The notes: generated by a model not told the origin, from the sequence alone. 64,000 bases of DNA from Perkinsela sp. CCAP 1560/9 (GCA_965644495.1 CBFFSA010000001.1:2232001-2296000), one strand, 5' to 3'; positions 52,334-63,876 are shown, counted from the first letter of the stretch. Numbers and translations: made by a program.

Positions 52334-55300
52334 CTATCCTTCCGTGATGGGCTCGTTCGGGTCGGGCACAGCCATGCGTGTAACCATCATACGAGCCTGT
52401 GCTCGCATGAGGGTCACATTCAATTCGGCATACAATTTATTTGTAGCCTGCTCTTCCGTAAGGGTCCCATTTGAGGCCTGTGCCCGCCTCTTTCCGACTC
52501 CCTTTAGAACGGACGTTGCGCTCACGCTCCAGGAGCCATAGCTCTCTACCACCATGGCTGTGAATTCATGGCCTGCTTCCTCAGCCTCCAACCGTTGGTG
52601 CACCTTTTTTTCCGCGGCGTAGTGCTCGGCGAATGATCCTGCAGCTACCCAGCTAGCGTTACGAACTTTGTCCGTGTATTTAGTTTGCTGAGCGTGGGTA
52701 ACTGCAAAATCAAGGACCATGCCTTTAGCCTTGGAATACGTGGGGAGAAACACATCGCCTGGCCTGGTGAGCCCCCCTCCGGGACCTCGATTGCCAAGAC
52801 TGTGCTCTCGTTGGGGTGCCAAAGAGGCATGCCCGCAGAAGGAGGAAAAATGTTCAACCAGGGAATTGTGCCGGTTTATTATACCTTGTCCATGTTTGCA
52901 CACGAGTGCGTGATCCCCTTCAGGACCCAGAGGGAGTTTGCATTCATCCGAGGGACATGGACGAGTTTCTCCGTATACATCCACCCCCAACCACCATCGA
53001 CACAAGGTTCGAAACTCCGCGGGTTTGAATGCATAGCCCAGGTCCTTCGATGGGGTGACGAATTCCCAGCTGCTAGCCCCTTTCCTTGATTGTGATACCC
53101 ATCTGGTTCGCGTTCGCGTATCAGCGGAACAGTATGCTATATTAAACTCCCTTTCCCCTATAGCGCGGATGATATCTTTCTGACGTGGGATGATACTTTC
53201 GTCCCATTCTGGCGGGTCAATATCTATGTCAAGGTCAGCGCTCAACGGCGGGTCAGCATCTAAAAAAGGTCCGGTGTCTGATGGCTCGCGGGCTGTATCG
53301 ACCTGTGTGGAAGAGTGAATGGGTGGCTTTGGGGGAAAAGAGGGATGTGATCGGTCGCGCTGTTGGGTGGTGGGGCAAAGGAAACGACCCGTTTCGGGAT
53401 CTACGAGAGTGCCTCCGGCTTTTGCGTTCACGTCGTTGACGGCTGGTGAAAAGCCTTCCGCGTCCAGTGGATTCCATCCGTTCTTGCTTGCTGCGAACAC
53501 CACAGATGCTACGTAAGCTGAAGACGAGTACATTTCCGATGAACGCAGACCGAAACCTCCGTGTCTCTTCAGGCGTTGGATCTGAGCGCGGGAAGGGGCG
53601 TTCAGTGGGCAAAGTATTTCTTCTGCTGTGCTCAACAGTGAATTGTCTAGATGTTCGCAAACGCGTTGTATGCATTGTGGGGGTGTTGTACGTAGGGCGT
53701 AGACCAGTTGACAAAAGCCAGCACATTGTCGTATCAGTGCCATGGCGACCTGCGGGTCCTCAATTAAACTGGAAGCAACTAAAGTTTCTTCTGCTGGTTC
53801 GATCGCATTGGTCATGAGGTATTCGGCGCAGTGTTTGTTGGATCCGATAGGGCTTCCTAGGATGTCGAAATTTCCTTCTGTGTTTTGCTTGTCTTTTGGT
53901 ATATCTGGGAAAAGAGATGTTTGGTGTGCAGATGAGGGTAGTGTGATGATCTCGCATTTCTTGCTATTGAGGTGTAGTCCCTGACCTGGTCCGAGGTGAT
54001 CAAGTATGTCGAGGGCTTTTCTTACTTCTTCTGCTTTCCCTATAAAAACTCCATCGTCTAAGTACCACAGGTTTAGAAGAAGTTCCGTGTACGACTGAAT
54101 TTGTTTGGTAACCTCCAACATGACTAAGGAAAAGAGAAGAGGACCGAGGGGATCGCCCTGTTGTACCCCTTCCGAGGACGGTACGAAACGGTGCCCGTAA
54201 GTTAAGCTACTGGTTTCGACGTAGCACCATTCTACCTATCTGGACAATTCCGGGAAGTGCTCTCTGGTGAGACTGATGAATGCGTCACGGCTAACGTTGT
54301 TAAATGCGTTGGACAAATCAACTTTGCATAAAACTATATCGGAATTTGTTGTGTCAGTGTCCATTGCAAGCCTACAAAGGTGAATGATACGTTCTGCCCC
54401 TGCTCGGGTGGCCACTCCATATTGTTGTGCTTCAAAGTATTTCCCCGCTTTCATTCGGACACTACTGCATGCGGCCTTGCTCACTAACCGACGAATAGTC
54501 TCCCCCGCTGCGATAGGGCGAACGTCGTTTTCCCCCTTCTTGAGCGCACATAGTCGCGCACCTGCGAAATATGCTTGTACTTCGATGGGTGCTTTGCCAG
54601 AAAGAAGATGATTAGCTAGGTTTGTGAGTTCCTGAAGCGGGTGAACATTCTTGTCTTCGTAGGAAAGAAGCGCGGATTGTAAGTGTTCCGGGCGGAGACC
54701 CATCGTACCTGCTGAAGATCCTCGACGAAAACTGTTTATGGCTACTTTAATATCGGATTCTTCGAGGTTCAAATGTTTGACATGTGGTGGAGGGTCGGCG
54801 AGGGCTTCCGTAGTAGTTTGACGTGCCGGATGCTTCTCCAACAGCTTCGCATATGTTTCTTCGTTTTCATCTGCCATCGGCGCTGCGGTTAAGGCAGCCA
54901 TACCTCTAGAGAATTCACCTTGTCTGACTAGAAGTTCTGCGCGGATGACGGCTTTCTGGGCCTCATGTTGTTCCGAAATGGGGTCAGGGTTTCGTTGTCG
55001 TCTATTAGCGGCTGCCTCTTTCCACAACTGAGTGTATTCCTTTGCCATCCATCGCTCCATGCACTTTCGAACGTGGGATGAGTATGCCATGTAGCCTTTA
55101 CGCCCTCCGCGTCGAGGGGCCGGTAACACACACTTTGGGAGCATGGCAAGGAGTGTCCATGTCGCTACTGAGTTTTCTTGTACTGCTGCCTTCAAAGCGC
55201 TAGTTAAGATCTCCGCCCACAGCTGACGGCATCGGTGGGGCACGTCTTTACATGTGCTCTTCGCGAGTGTGCAGACACTTGCCAAAGTAGGTAATTCGGC

Positions 55301-55822
55301 GGTTTCTGTTACGATGGAGTGCTGCGAAAAAATATCTACTGACATTTGTGCTGCTTGACTTGATTGACCGATGCAGGTCTTCGGGTGCGTAGTTTTACGG
55401 TTGAGCGTGTAGTGTTTGCCGCACGTTTCACAAAGGAACTTGCCTTCCGCTGCCCACCATGCAGCCGGGACGCCGGTACTGTGGTGGTACGCTACGTGGT
55501 TATAATATGCTTGCCAAGACCCTCCATGTGCAATCGTGCGCCAAGCGCATCCTTCAGCAGGACAGATGCGGTGTTTGGGAGCGCTCTGCGGAAGTGGCGG
55601 GGGCTTGTCGCTTCCGTTTCGTGGGGCATATCTGTTGCCAAAGTCTTCGCGCCTACCGTCCGATTGTGCTTCGGAACAACCAGTTTCGCTAGTCATGGGT
55701 TTTGTGCCGGAGGAATGCTTTGGAGGTGATTGGATCTGGTGGGCTGGCTGAGAGCGTGTCGGCGTTTGTTCGCCGAGGGTGCCGTCCTTAATAGTCTGTT
55801 GGTGTTGCCTTCGTGTTTCCAA
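52334..55822 (-). CDS. CRE-type polyprotein with one in-frame nonsense codon at 54236-54238; true start uncertain
   Basis: CPAEGC..H...HH and CETC..H...C fingers; RT motifs RPIAAGE, QYGV, KVDLSNAFNNVSR, GVQQGDPLGP, WYLDDG; RLE motifs CPSDEC..DHALVC, RHN, RPGD, LDFAV. The two ORFs are in frame, and the TAG replaces the TGG seen in the older copy (WVEWCY). Confidence 0.9.
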
Positions 55823-56108
55823 GGGTCGCCTAGGTGATCGGTTATCCGTCTTTGAAACTCCTTTGATCCCATCCGCATTGCGCTGTTGACGTGATATTGC
55901 ATCCTTCAGTGCAGCGTTGATTGCTGGCCCTGATTTCAGAGTAGAAATACTAGCTGCAAGGTTGGCTGTCGTACCCTTTCGTTGTACTGCGCAGTGTTGT
56001 ATTTCCTCATTCTCGGCTAGGTGGTGTCCCGTGTCCGGTGTTTCGCGGTCGTCTGATTTTTTTTCAGCGAGGCGTAGCCTAAAGGGGAAAGGAAAAAAGA
56101 AAATAATT

Positions 56109-56146
56109 CAACAAGGTACAGAAACTGTATCTTTATCGTTAAAGAT
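56109..56146 (-). ncRNA. Spliced-leader-exon-like sequence at the CRE 5' terminus
   Basis: Same 38-mer as 45967-46004, followed on the minus strand by a polypyrimidine tract ending in TTTAG (56079-56108). Confidence 0.78.
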
Positions 56147-57425
56147 CCTTATTTTTTGTGTGATTATTTTTTATTTTTTATTTTTTAGAACCAGCACGTG
56201 AGACCCTTTCCGCTGTTGGAATAACCCCTCAAGTCGCTATGGCCTTAATTCGCCAGTGCACGGTCTTTTGCCAAATGGTCTATGCCCTTCGAACTACGTC
56301 TCCGCAAGCCCTACCCCATCTGTGCAGTCTTCTAGACGATAGCGCCCTCACTGCTGTAGAGCTCGCACTCTTTCCTTTGGACCCGCAAGCACGTGACCAA
56401 ATTCAAAGTCGGAAACGCCAGGGGGGCTTTGGTCTCAGATCTGCCTCTCTCCAAGCAACATCGGCTTATGTTGCTTCTGTAGCACACGCTGCCGAGGAGG
56501 ACAACTGGGACCCTACAGACGCCGAAGGTTTCGCCGCCTCGGCGCAGGACTTCAACAACAAAATAGGAGTGACCCTTGTGTACCCCAGCACAGGTCGCAT
56601 ACCCAAACAAAACCCGCGACCGGACTCCGGCTCACAACGCATCTCACCCCCGAACAGGAGACGTCGAAGAAAATGCTACGCAGCATGGCGGTAGACGGCT
56701 CCACGGAACCGGAACTGGTGATTCCCAAGCAACAGCAATTGAGTCAGGCAATTGCCGAACGTTATCACGCTGGTGGTTGGGAGTGGATATTTGCCCAGAG
56801 GATAGTCCTTGTCCGGCAAAAGGATGCACGCTACCCCTTCAGAGAAACGGAGAACACGCGCTTTGTTGTAAAAACGGTCATGGCCTGATCACCAGACGTA
56901 ACGCCATTTGCGATCAATTTTCTTCTTTCTGCAGCAAGGCAGACATTGCGCCCCAGAGGGAAAAAAGCTTGGGAAACCGAGGCCCAGGCGGTGCCCTCAC
57001 CAGACCCCCGCGACCTCTTTATTCCCAACGACGCTCTCGGAAATGGTATGGTGTTGGACTTTGCAGTCACCCATGCCCAGCAAATAAAGTATCTGGACTC
57101 CGTCCGTATTGCTAGCTTGGTGGCTGCAGGATCCTTCGCTGACCATTTTTCCGAATCTAAGAAGAAACAACGCCAGGAAGCGGAGGAGGCCCGGTTACTT
57201 TTCACTTCCATGATCGTTGAGTCCTTTGGCTCGTGGAGCAGTAGCGCCATGTCGGTCCTGTGGAAGGTCGGAGCGCAGCGCGCAAATCGCCGAAAGGTCT
57301 GCTCACTGAAACAAAAGCTCGGAATGACTTGCTCAACGAGCTCAATATCACACTCATGCGATCCCAGGCGAGGATGATGGTCTCTCGAATGACTGTAATC
57401 GATCCCAACACGCCCTCAGAAGGGC

Positions 57426-57428
<3 letters not shown>

Positions 57429-57458
<30 letters not shown>

Positions 57459-57961
57459 ACACGGAGGGCTCTGCAGCGCCAACCGTTAGGGTAGAGTCTC
57501 ATGTCACCGACCTTCATTGTCTTGCCACCCCCTTCCCAGACGGCACTCGACGCCTTGCGGCCCGAGCGCGGCTACCCAACCGTAGCTACCAGGACGGGCG
57601 CCCACCTCGTCGGCCTCGGAACTTCCAAATCTGTCTGTGAAGGGTCTCGCTTGCCAGTGACCATCCGGAGCAATCCGGAATGATTTGGATTTTTTTTGGA
57701 TTTTTGGCGCCCACCCCTTTGCATCGTGTAGGCTGTGTCTCAAGCCTTCTTTGCGTAAGCAGCTCGCAATTTAGCGGCTGCGCTGGAGCCTGGTTCAGCT
57801 CTGCGGTTCCGGGTCGGTCCTCCAGGGGAGCGGGGTTGGGTGTGGGCCTTGAAGGCACTCCTGATCGCTTTCCCTTTGTAGTGAGGCCGCCAGATTGCGA
57901 GTTTTGTCGATAGCGGGAATCGAACCAACAACCTGCAGGTTGTAAGGCTCACCGTCTACCA
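57429..57961 (-). mobile_element. SINE-B containing a nested SINE-A fragment (57607-57705)
   Basis: (GAA)n tail and B box GGTTCGATTCC. The nested fragment is flanked by TSD GGCGCCCACC (57597-57606 and 57706-57715). Confidence 0.9.
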
Positions 57962-58830
57962 ACAACCACCGCTTTTTGACGAAGCAGCTACATATATGCA
58001 AATGCGGAGCCACTTTATCATTAGTTCGGCCGCTTTCTTACCACCTATTTTTCTGTTTCCCGCCATCACCCACGGATCATAGCAGTTCGTTGCATAGTTA
58101 AGTCGCAAGCGGGCTACATATGGTACGTCTACTGCTTGAACAAATTGAGTCATACCTTGAGGCGCAACTGCGAGAGCGCTAAATGTCGATAAGGCGTGCT
58201 TGGAGATGGTCGTTGTGTGCCCGTTGGCTCTTCCCAGGATAGTTAGGCAGGTGTCCGTTTCAGGGGGTAAGGCAGTTACTTGACTCCGAATGAAAGGAAT
58301 TATGCGGCTAGCCATGAGTTTTCCTGTGATTACACCGCTTGCATTCTCAATAATTTGCCACCCAAACGGATTGGATAGTGTCCACGTCGAAGCAAAACTA
58401 CGCATCGAAGAAAGAGAGGCTCAAAACATGAAGCTCGCTTAATTACCACAAGGATGGCAATATATGAAGCACATCTTTTGGTCCATGCAGGGTCCTCCGT
58501 AACAATAATGTCTCTGCACCCTCGAGCTGAAAGAGCAAAGAAGGACGTGGAATTCATGGAGCCGCTGAAAGGAAACGGGATCATGTCAAGGTTGATTATG
58601 ATTGAAACAATTCTTGAAAGACGAATATTGTACAGGAATTCGTGGAAAGATTGCAGAGACTTAGAAATATCTTCAGAGGTACGCGTAGTCGTGCGTTGGG
58701 TGGAACGAAGAACTATTCCGTATCTTTTTTTCCATCGATAAAACCATATGCGAGGTACTGGGGAACCTTTGCGACACGAGGCCTTCCGCTTTGCTGAGGC
58801 AACGGAAACCCGCATGTTGCGTGAACGCAA
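57962..58830 (-). pseudogene. pogo/Tigger-like (Tc1-mariner superfamily) transposase remnant
   Basis: WFYRWKKRYGIVLR resembles the end of a CENP-B-type HTH, and IINLDMIP resembles the N-DET-P first catalytic Asp motif. Frameshifted. Confidence 0.6.
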
Positions 58831-59023
58831 TTCAACAAGCCATATAATTCTCCGAGATTGTTAGTCTCAGAGCTCTGCTTCCGCATGCGTTTTCTTTTCC
58901 CATCTCCACGAACACTGGTTTCGACCAACGCTTTCCCCCCCCCCTCCCCCCCCCTCCCCCCCCCTGGACCCCCCCCTAGACCCTCAATTTTTTTTATTTT
59001 TTTTCAGGGGTCTGAAAATATAT

Positions 59024-59196
59024 TACTGTCCCCCCCCCCCGTTTAAGAGCGAAAAGTGCGCTTAAACGGGGGGGTCTGAATCACTACATAAAAAAAAAAT
59101 TGGCGCCGCTTCGCGGCGCCGGGCTCTTTCCTTCAACTCTATGTGCGCTTAAACGTGGGGGTCTGACCGGGTGCGCTTCAAGTGGGGGGGGCAGTA
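59024..59196. mobile_element. Small MITE-like unit or transposon end with TACTG(T/C)CCCCCC terminal inverted repeats
   Basis: TACTGTCCCCCCCCC ... GGGGGGGGCAGTA; internal repeated GTGCGCTTAAACG motif and a GGCGCCGC-TTC-GCGGCGCC hairpin. Confidence 0.55.
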
Positions 59197-59202
59197 TATC
59201 TA

Positions 59203-60326
59203 TATTGAGGGAGATGCTACTCCCTCGCTACCGTAGGTTAATTCGACGTGCCCGATTTCATGCCCGATTTCGAGCCCGATTTGTGGCCCGATATCGTGCC
59301 CGATATCGTTTCAGGTGAGTTTTCGAAAAAAATGTATACAAAGACGTATGAATCGAATTTAGTGACAAGATTACTAGTTTTTCAACAATTCCGATGGGTA
59401 CCCCCTGCCCCCCCCACGTCCCCACCAGGGTGATCATAGCAATTTTTGAAATTTTGCAAAAAAAAACTAAAAATTTGTGGGTGAAAGTGAAAAAACATAT
59501 TTTTCCAAAATCAACTCCTAGATCGTTTTTTGAGAGTTTGGAGCCTTCTATACCTGTATACCCTTTGATTTCATTCGATATTTCTCCACCCTGTTCCGAT
59601 AATACACCTACATAGTACACAATTTACCCGGAAGTGTGTGACACGCAAGGCCGATGAGGAAGGAGGAGGCGCAAGGAAAAAAGGAAGACGTATGAATCGA
59701 ATTGAGTGACGAGATCACTAGTTTTCCAACAATTCCGACGGGTATCCCCTGCTCCCCCCCCTCCCCACCAGGGTAATCATAGCAATTTTTGAAATTTTTG
59801 AAAAACAAAACTGAAAAATTATGGGTGAAAGTAAAAAAATATATTTATCCGAAATCAACTCCTAGACCGTTTTTTGAGAGTTCGGGACCTGATGTACCTG
59901 ATATACGCTTTGGTTTCATTCGATAGTTCTCCACCCTGTTCCGGTAATACACCTATAAAGGCCAAAATTTACCTGGAAGCGTGTGACACGCAAGGCCGTA
60001 GAGGAAGGAGGAGGCGCAAGACAAAAAGGCAGAAGGCGGAGCTTTTTGTCTTTTTGCCGCGGCGACGACGACTCCCTCGCGTGGGAAGCTGTAAGGGGTC
60101 CCAGGTAGCATGTTTCGATGGCTATGTAACCCAGGCTAAAGTGGACGAGGGAGATACTAAAGGCACCTTTGGAAGACGCCCACAAAACTGGAACGGTATC
60201 TCCCGTTAAAGACCCTTTTGTCACATCAGAATGCTCTACAAACCGGGAGATACCGTTCCAGTTTTGTGGCGGTCTTCCAAAGGTGCCTTTAGTATCTCCC
60301 TCGTCCACTTTAGCCTGGGTTTATAG
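59203..60326 (+). mobile_element. Second, non-coding copy of the Helitron-like 5' region
   Basis: Reverse-complement homology to about 44215-45555: terminal hairpin GAGGGAG-ATGCTA-CTCCCTC, 11-bp GCCCGATTTCG-type repeats, an internal tandem duplication of about 340 bp, and the palindrome at 60129-60320. Confidence 0.85.
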
Positions 60327-60344
60327 TATTTGAAAAAAAACTAT

Positions 60345-60395
60345 TGTACTATATAGTATAGTATTAGTATAGTATAGTAGTAGTATAGTATTATA
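60345..60395. repeat. (TAGTA)n-like microsatellite
   Basis: TATAGTATAGTATTAGTATAGTATAGTAGTAGTATAG. Confidence 0.8.
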
Positions 60396-60599
60396 ACACT
60401 ATAAAAATCTATAACAAGAAAAATTGATCAAAAACGTTTTGACGCTCTCTTTTAGCACGAATGGCATCAGGTACATAGTCAATTTATTGCGGTGGTTGTA
60501 AAACTACCGCTCTACACTCGATTATTGAAAAAAAAGTGAACAAAAACAGTGAAAATATAAAGAGGAACACAGTAATATAATAGAAGAAAAAAATATAAA

Positions 60600-61853
60600 A
60601 GGGGGCTCCGGTGGTCCAAAACTGAAAATTTTTTTTGAAAAAAATGGGGGGTCCATGGGGGGGGTCCATGGGGGGGGTCCAGGGGGGGGGTCCAGGGGGG
60701 GGGTCCAGGGGGGGGGGGCATGGTCGATCAAATTTTTTCGAAAAAATTAGTTTTCGAAAAAAAACCGCAGAAAGGGTAGCCGGGGTCTTGGCGCGCATTT
60801 TCCACCCCCCTACCCTGGGGTGACCCCCCCGCGTATCCGCAGGACGGGTCCGCCAAGTTCGGATTTTTTCGGAAAAATTTTTTCGAAAAAAAATTCAACT
60901 TGGCGAAAAAAATGACAAAAAAAATATTTTTCCAAAATCGTTTCCCCTATTGTATTTTGATAGTTTGGGACCTACACTAGCTTTCTCCGCAGTTGTTTTC
61001 GCAAGGTATCACTTCTTCGAACTGTGGTGCGCCCCTCAAAATGACCCACTTTTGACTAAAAAAGGTGAAAAAGTATTTTTCGGACCTAAAGGGGCATTTT
61101 TGTGTCGAAAGAATGGTATGGTTGGAGTCGTATTCTCTACCCAATACGTTCGGTAGGCTTTCATTCATGCCTGCGAGTGATTTCCCACGCGCAAATGTCG
61201 GATTTAGTGCTCTGAGAGCAAAAATATGCGAAAATGACCCCATTTGTACCCGAAATTCGGCTATTTTTGGCTATAATCTTTCCGTTTTCCAGGCTAAATT
61301 TTCTTTTTTAGGCTCTTCGTTAAACGCGGCGGTAGTTTTCAACGCGAAGTGCGCAGCATGAGTGACTTCTAAGTTGAAAGCAACCACCGCGTTTAACGAA
61401 GAGCCTAAAAAAGAAAATGACAGGCTTAATCAAGTTTCTTATGTTTCGCGGAAGAAAACGTAGTTTTCAGTTTTGTGCTTTTGCATGTTCCGCCAAAGGA
61501 GAAAAAAGAAGCTACAAGGACTATCTTTTGAGGGAAAAAATCATCCAAACCCGCTAAAAATCCTTCAAAAAAATTATAGAATGACCCCCCCGCGTATCCG
61601 CAGGACGGGTCCGCCAAGTTCGGATTGTTTCGGAAAAAAAATTTTCAAAAAAAATTCAACTTGGCGAAAAAAATGACAAAAACAATATTTTTCCAAAATC
61701 GTTTCCCCTATTGTATTTTGATAGTTTGGGACCTACACTAGCTTTCTACGCAGTTGTTTTCGCAAGGTATCACTTCTTCGAACCGTGGTGCGCCACTCAA
61801 AATGACCCAGTTTTGACTAAAAAAGGTGAAAAAGTATTTTTCGGACCTAAAGG
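60600..61853. repeat. Unclassified repeat element: G-run array (60646-60722), 270-bp direct repeats (60821-61092 and 61582-61853), 45-bp inverted repeat (61299-61343 and 61373-61417)
   Basis: Read directly from the sequence; no convincing ORF. Confidence 0.75.
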
Positions 61854-62406
61854 TCGGTCCTCCAGGGGAGCGGGGTTGGGTGTGGGCCTTGAAGGCACTC
61901 CTGATCGCTTTCCCTTTGTAGTGAGGCCGCCAGATTGCGAGTTTTGTCGATAGCGGGAATCGAACCAACAACCTGCAGGTTGTAAGGCTCACCGTCTACC
62001 AACAACCACCGCTTTTTGACGAAGCAGCTACATATATGCAAATGCGGAGCCACTTTATCATTAGTTCGGCCGCTTTCTTACCACCTATTTTTCTGTTTCC
62101 CGCCATCACCCACGGATCATAGCAGTTCGTTGCATAGTTAAGTCGCAAGCGGGCTGTATATGATACGTCTACTGCTTGAACAAATTGAGTCATACCTTGA
62201 GGCGCAACTGCGAGAGCGCTAAATGTCGATAAGGCGTGCTTGGAGATGGTCGTTGTGTGCCCGTTGGCTCTTCCCAGGATAGTTAGGCAGGTGTCCGTTT
62301 CAGGGGGTAAGGCAGTTACTTGGCTCCGAATGAAAGGAATTGTGCGGCTAGCCATGAGTTTTCCTGTGATTACACCGCTTGCATTCTCAATAATTTGCCA
62401 CCCAAA
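61852..62406 (-). repeat. Duplicate of 57812-58366 (SINE-B head plus pogo-like remnant)
   Basis: Near-identical sequence spanning the same SINE/transposase junction. Confidence 0.93.
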
Positions 62407-62417
62407 GGGATTTTTTT

Positions 62418-62483
62418 GGGAATCGAACCAACAACCTGCAGGTTGTAAGGCCCGCCGTCTACCACCTACGCCCGCACCGACCC
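62418..62483 (-). mobile_element. tRNA-like head of SINE-B (anticodon-loop-like CT-TAC-AA)
   Basis: GGGTCGGTGCGGGCGTAGGTGGTAGACGGCGGGCCTTACAACCTGCAGGTTGTTGGTTCGATTCCC. GTCGGTG can pair with the TATCGAC seen in longer copies (acceptor stem). Confidence 0.7.
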
Positions 62484-62492
62484 GAAATTTGT

Positions 62493-62675
62493 CTTCCAAA
62501 TCTGTCTGTGAAGGGTCTGGCTTGCCAGTGACCATCCGGAGCAATCCGGAATGATTTCGATTTTTTTTTTTGGATTTTTGGAAAAGGAAGCACATGTGAA
62601 ATCCGTTGTGGATTCGACGAGAAAGAAGTATACAATAGCGTAGGGACGGTGACTAAGAGAACTGTACGTCGAGGT
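62493..62675 (+). repeat. SINE-A 3' end plus about 95 bp of flank; duplicate of about 63640-63824
   Basis: The same tail is followed by GAAAAGGAAGCACATGTGAAATCCG...CTGTACGTCGAGG in both places. Confidence 0.9.
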
Positions 62676-62683
62676 TTTTTTGG

Positions 62684-63333
62684 ATTGGGTATCTCAATCT
62701 GGAAAAGGGGCAGGTGACTCGCTGTTTGTCACGCCCTCCAGGGAAAAGGTGCACGCCTTTACTAAAACGGAGTTCCGCACCCTGTGCACCTGGTTGATAG
62801 GACAAAAAGTATATCCAGAAACACACCCCTGTCCCGTCTCAGGCTGCACGCTTCCGATGGGACCACGAGGAGACCACGCATTGGTCTGTAAACACGACTA
62901 CGGGATCTCGGCAAGGCATAATGCCTTGACCCTCCAGTTCTTTGATGTTTGCCAAAAGCCCAATTTGTCTCCGAAAAGGGAGCACAGCTTCGGCAACAGA
63001 GGTCCAGGGAGGGCACTCACAAGACCAGGGGATGTGTTCCTTCCGAGCTACACGCTCGGTAAAGGCCTTGTCTTTGATTTTGCGGTGACCCACGTCCAGC
63101 AACAGAAATATACGGACCTGGTCCGTTCTGCTGGCATGGTAGCTGCAGGGGCCTTCGCAGAGAAATATGCGACGAACTACAAGCGTGGACAAAGGCAAGA
63201 GGCTTTAGAGGCCGGACATGATTTCACCGCCATGGTAGTGGAATCGTACGGATCATGGAGTCCGACGTCCCTCCATATACTGAAGAAGATAGCGGGAAAA
63301 AGAGCCGCAGCATGTAAGGGTGATATGTCCGTG
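62684..63333 (+). pseudogene. Third CRE-like fragment (RLE domain)
   Basis: WVSQSGKGA, CPVSGC..DHALVC, RHN, TRPGDVFLP, FDFAVTH, VVESYGSW. Confidence 0.9.
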
Positions 63334-63334
63334 C

Positions 63335-63730
63335 GGCGGAGGTGGCGGAGTGGCAAGAATTCAAAGTTTGAAGCACATGGTGCTCAGACGGCGAGTTCAA
63401 ACCCGCTCATCGCAATATTCCCGGCGGCCTCACTCTAAGAGGCTGGGCTGATAACCGACTAGGCCCAGTACTCGGAGGACCGTCCCGGACCCTCCCCTCA
63501 GGGAACCAGCTCCCTTACCCGGATTACACCTCTTGGGTAAGCCGTGTTGACGTACAGTTCGTCGACGCAGCGTGTTGGCAACATCACGTTGGTGCCGCCT
63601 TGGAAAAGCGGAAACTGGTAGAGGACGTCGGCCTCGGAATTTCCAAATCTGTCTGTGAAGGGTCTGGATTGCCAGTGACCATCCGGAGCAATCCGGAATG
63701 ATTCGGATTTTTTTTTTTTTGGATTTTTGG
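63335..63730 (+). mobile_element. Full-length SINE-A
   Basis: Near-identical to the other copies; (TnGGA) tail. Confidence 0.92.
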
Positions 63731-63876
63731 AAAAGGAAGCACATGTGAAATCCGTTGGGGATTCGACGAGAAACAAGTATACAATAGCGTAGGGACGGTG
63801 ACTAAGAGAACTGTACGTCGAGGAGCGGTAAAGCTCAGAATATCATACAAACCAAAAGATGCTAGTGAAGGTCCTA

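Larger units (their letters stand above)
51808..56148 (-). mobile_element. Near-intact CRE-clade non-LTR retrotransposon (zinc fingers, RT, restriction-like endonuclease) with an SL-like 5' end, poly(A) tail and 24-bp TSD
   Basis: TTATTTTTTGTGTGATTATTTTTT is duplicated at 51784-51807 and 56149-56172. Poly(A) at 51808-51822 on the minus strand. Confidence 0.9.
50991..57430 (+). mobile_element. Old degenerate CRE-like RT/RLE retrotransposon split by nested insertions (parts 50991-51778 and 56186-57430)
   Basis: FCKMDPRNAFNNV, WVEWCY, QQGYPLGPLLFSL, NFDILGSPIGS, AMALIRQC, CPAKGC..HALCC, LDFAVTH and VESFGSW are collinear with the element at 52334-55822. Confidence 0.9.

Noticed and set aside
54236-54238. 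Stop-codon reassignment or programmed readthrough
   Set aside because: It is a single TAG at a Trp position that is TGG in the paralog, while the rest of the long ORF is open in the standard code. A point mutation or sequencing error is simpler.
44215-60326. One giant TIR transposon (Mutator- or Polinton-like) bounded by the 1.1-kb inverted repeats
   Set aside because: The left repeat continues outward into Rep coding sequence and the interior consists of independent insertions. Two oppositely oriented copies explain it better.
62418-62483. Functional tRNA-Val gene
   Set aside because: The stems are imperfect, the 3' acceptor strand is missing here, and it is the head of a repeated SINE.
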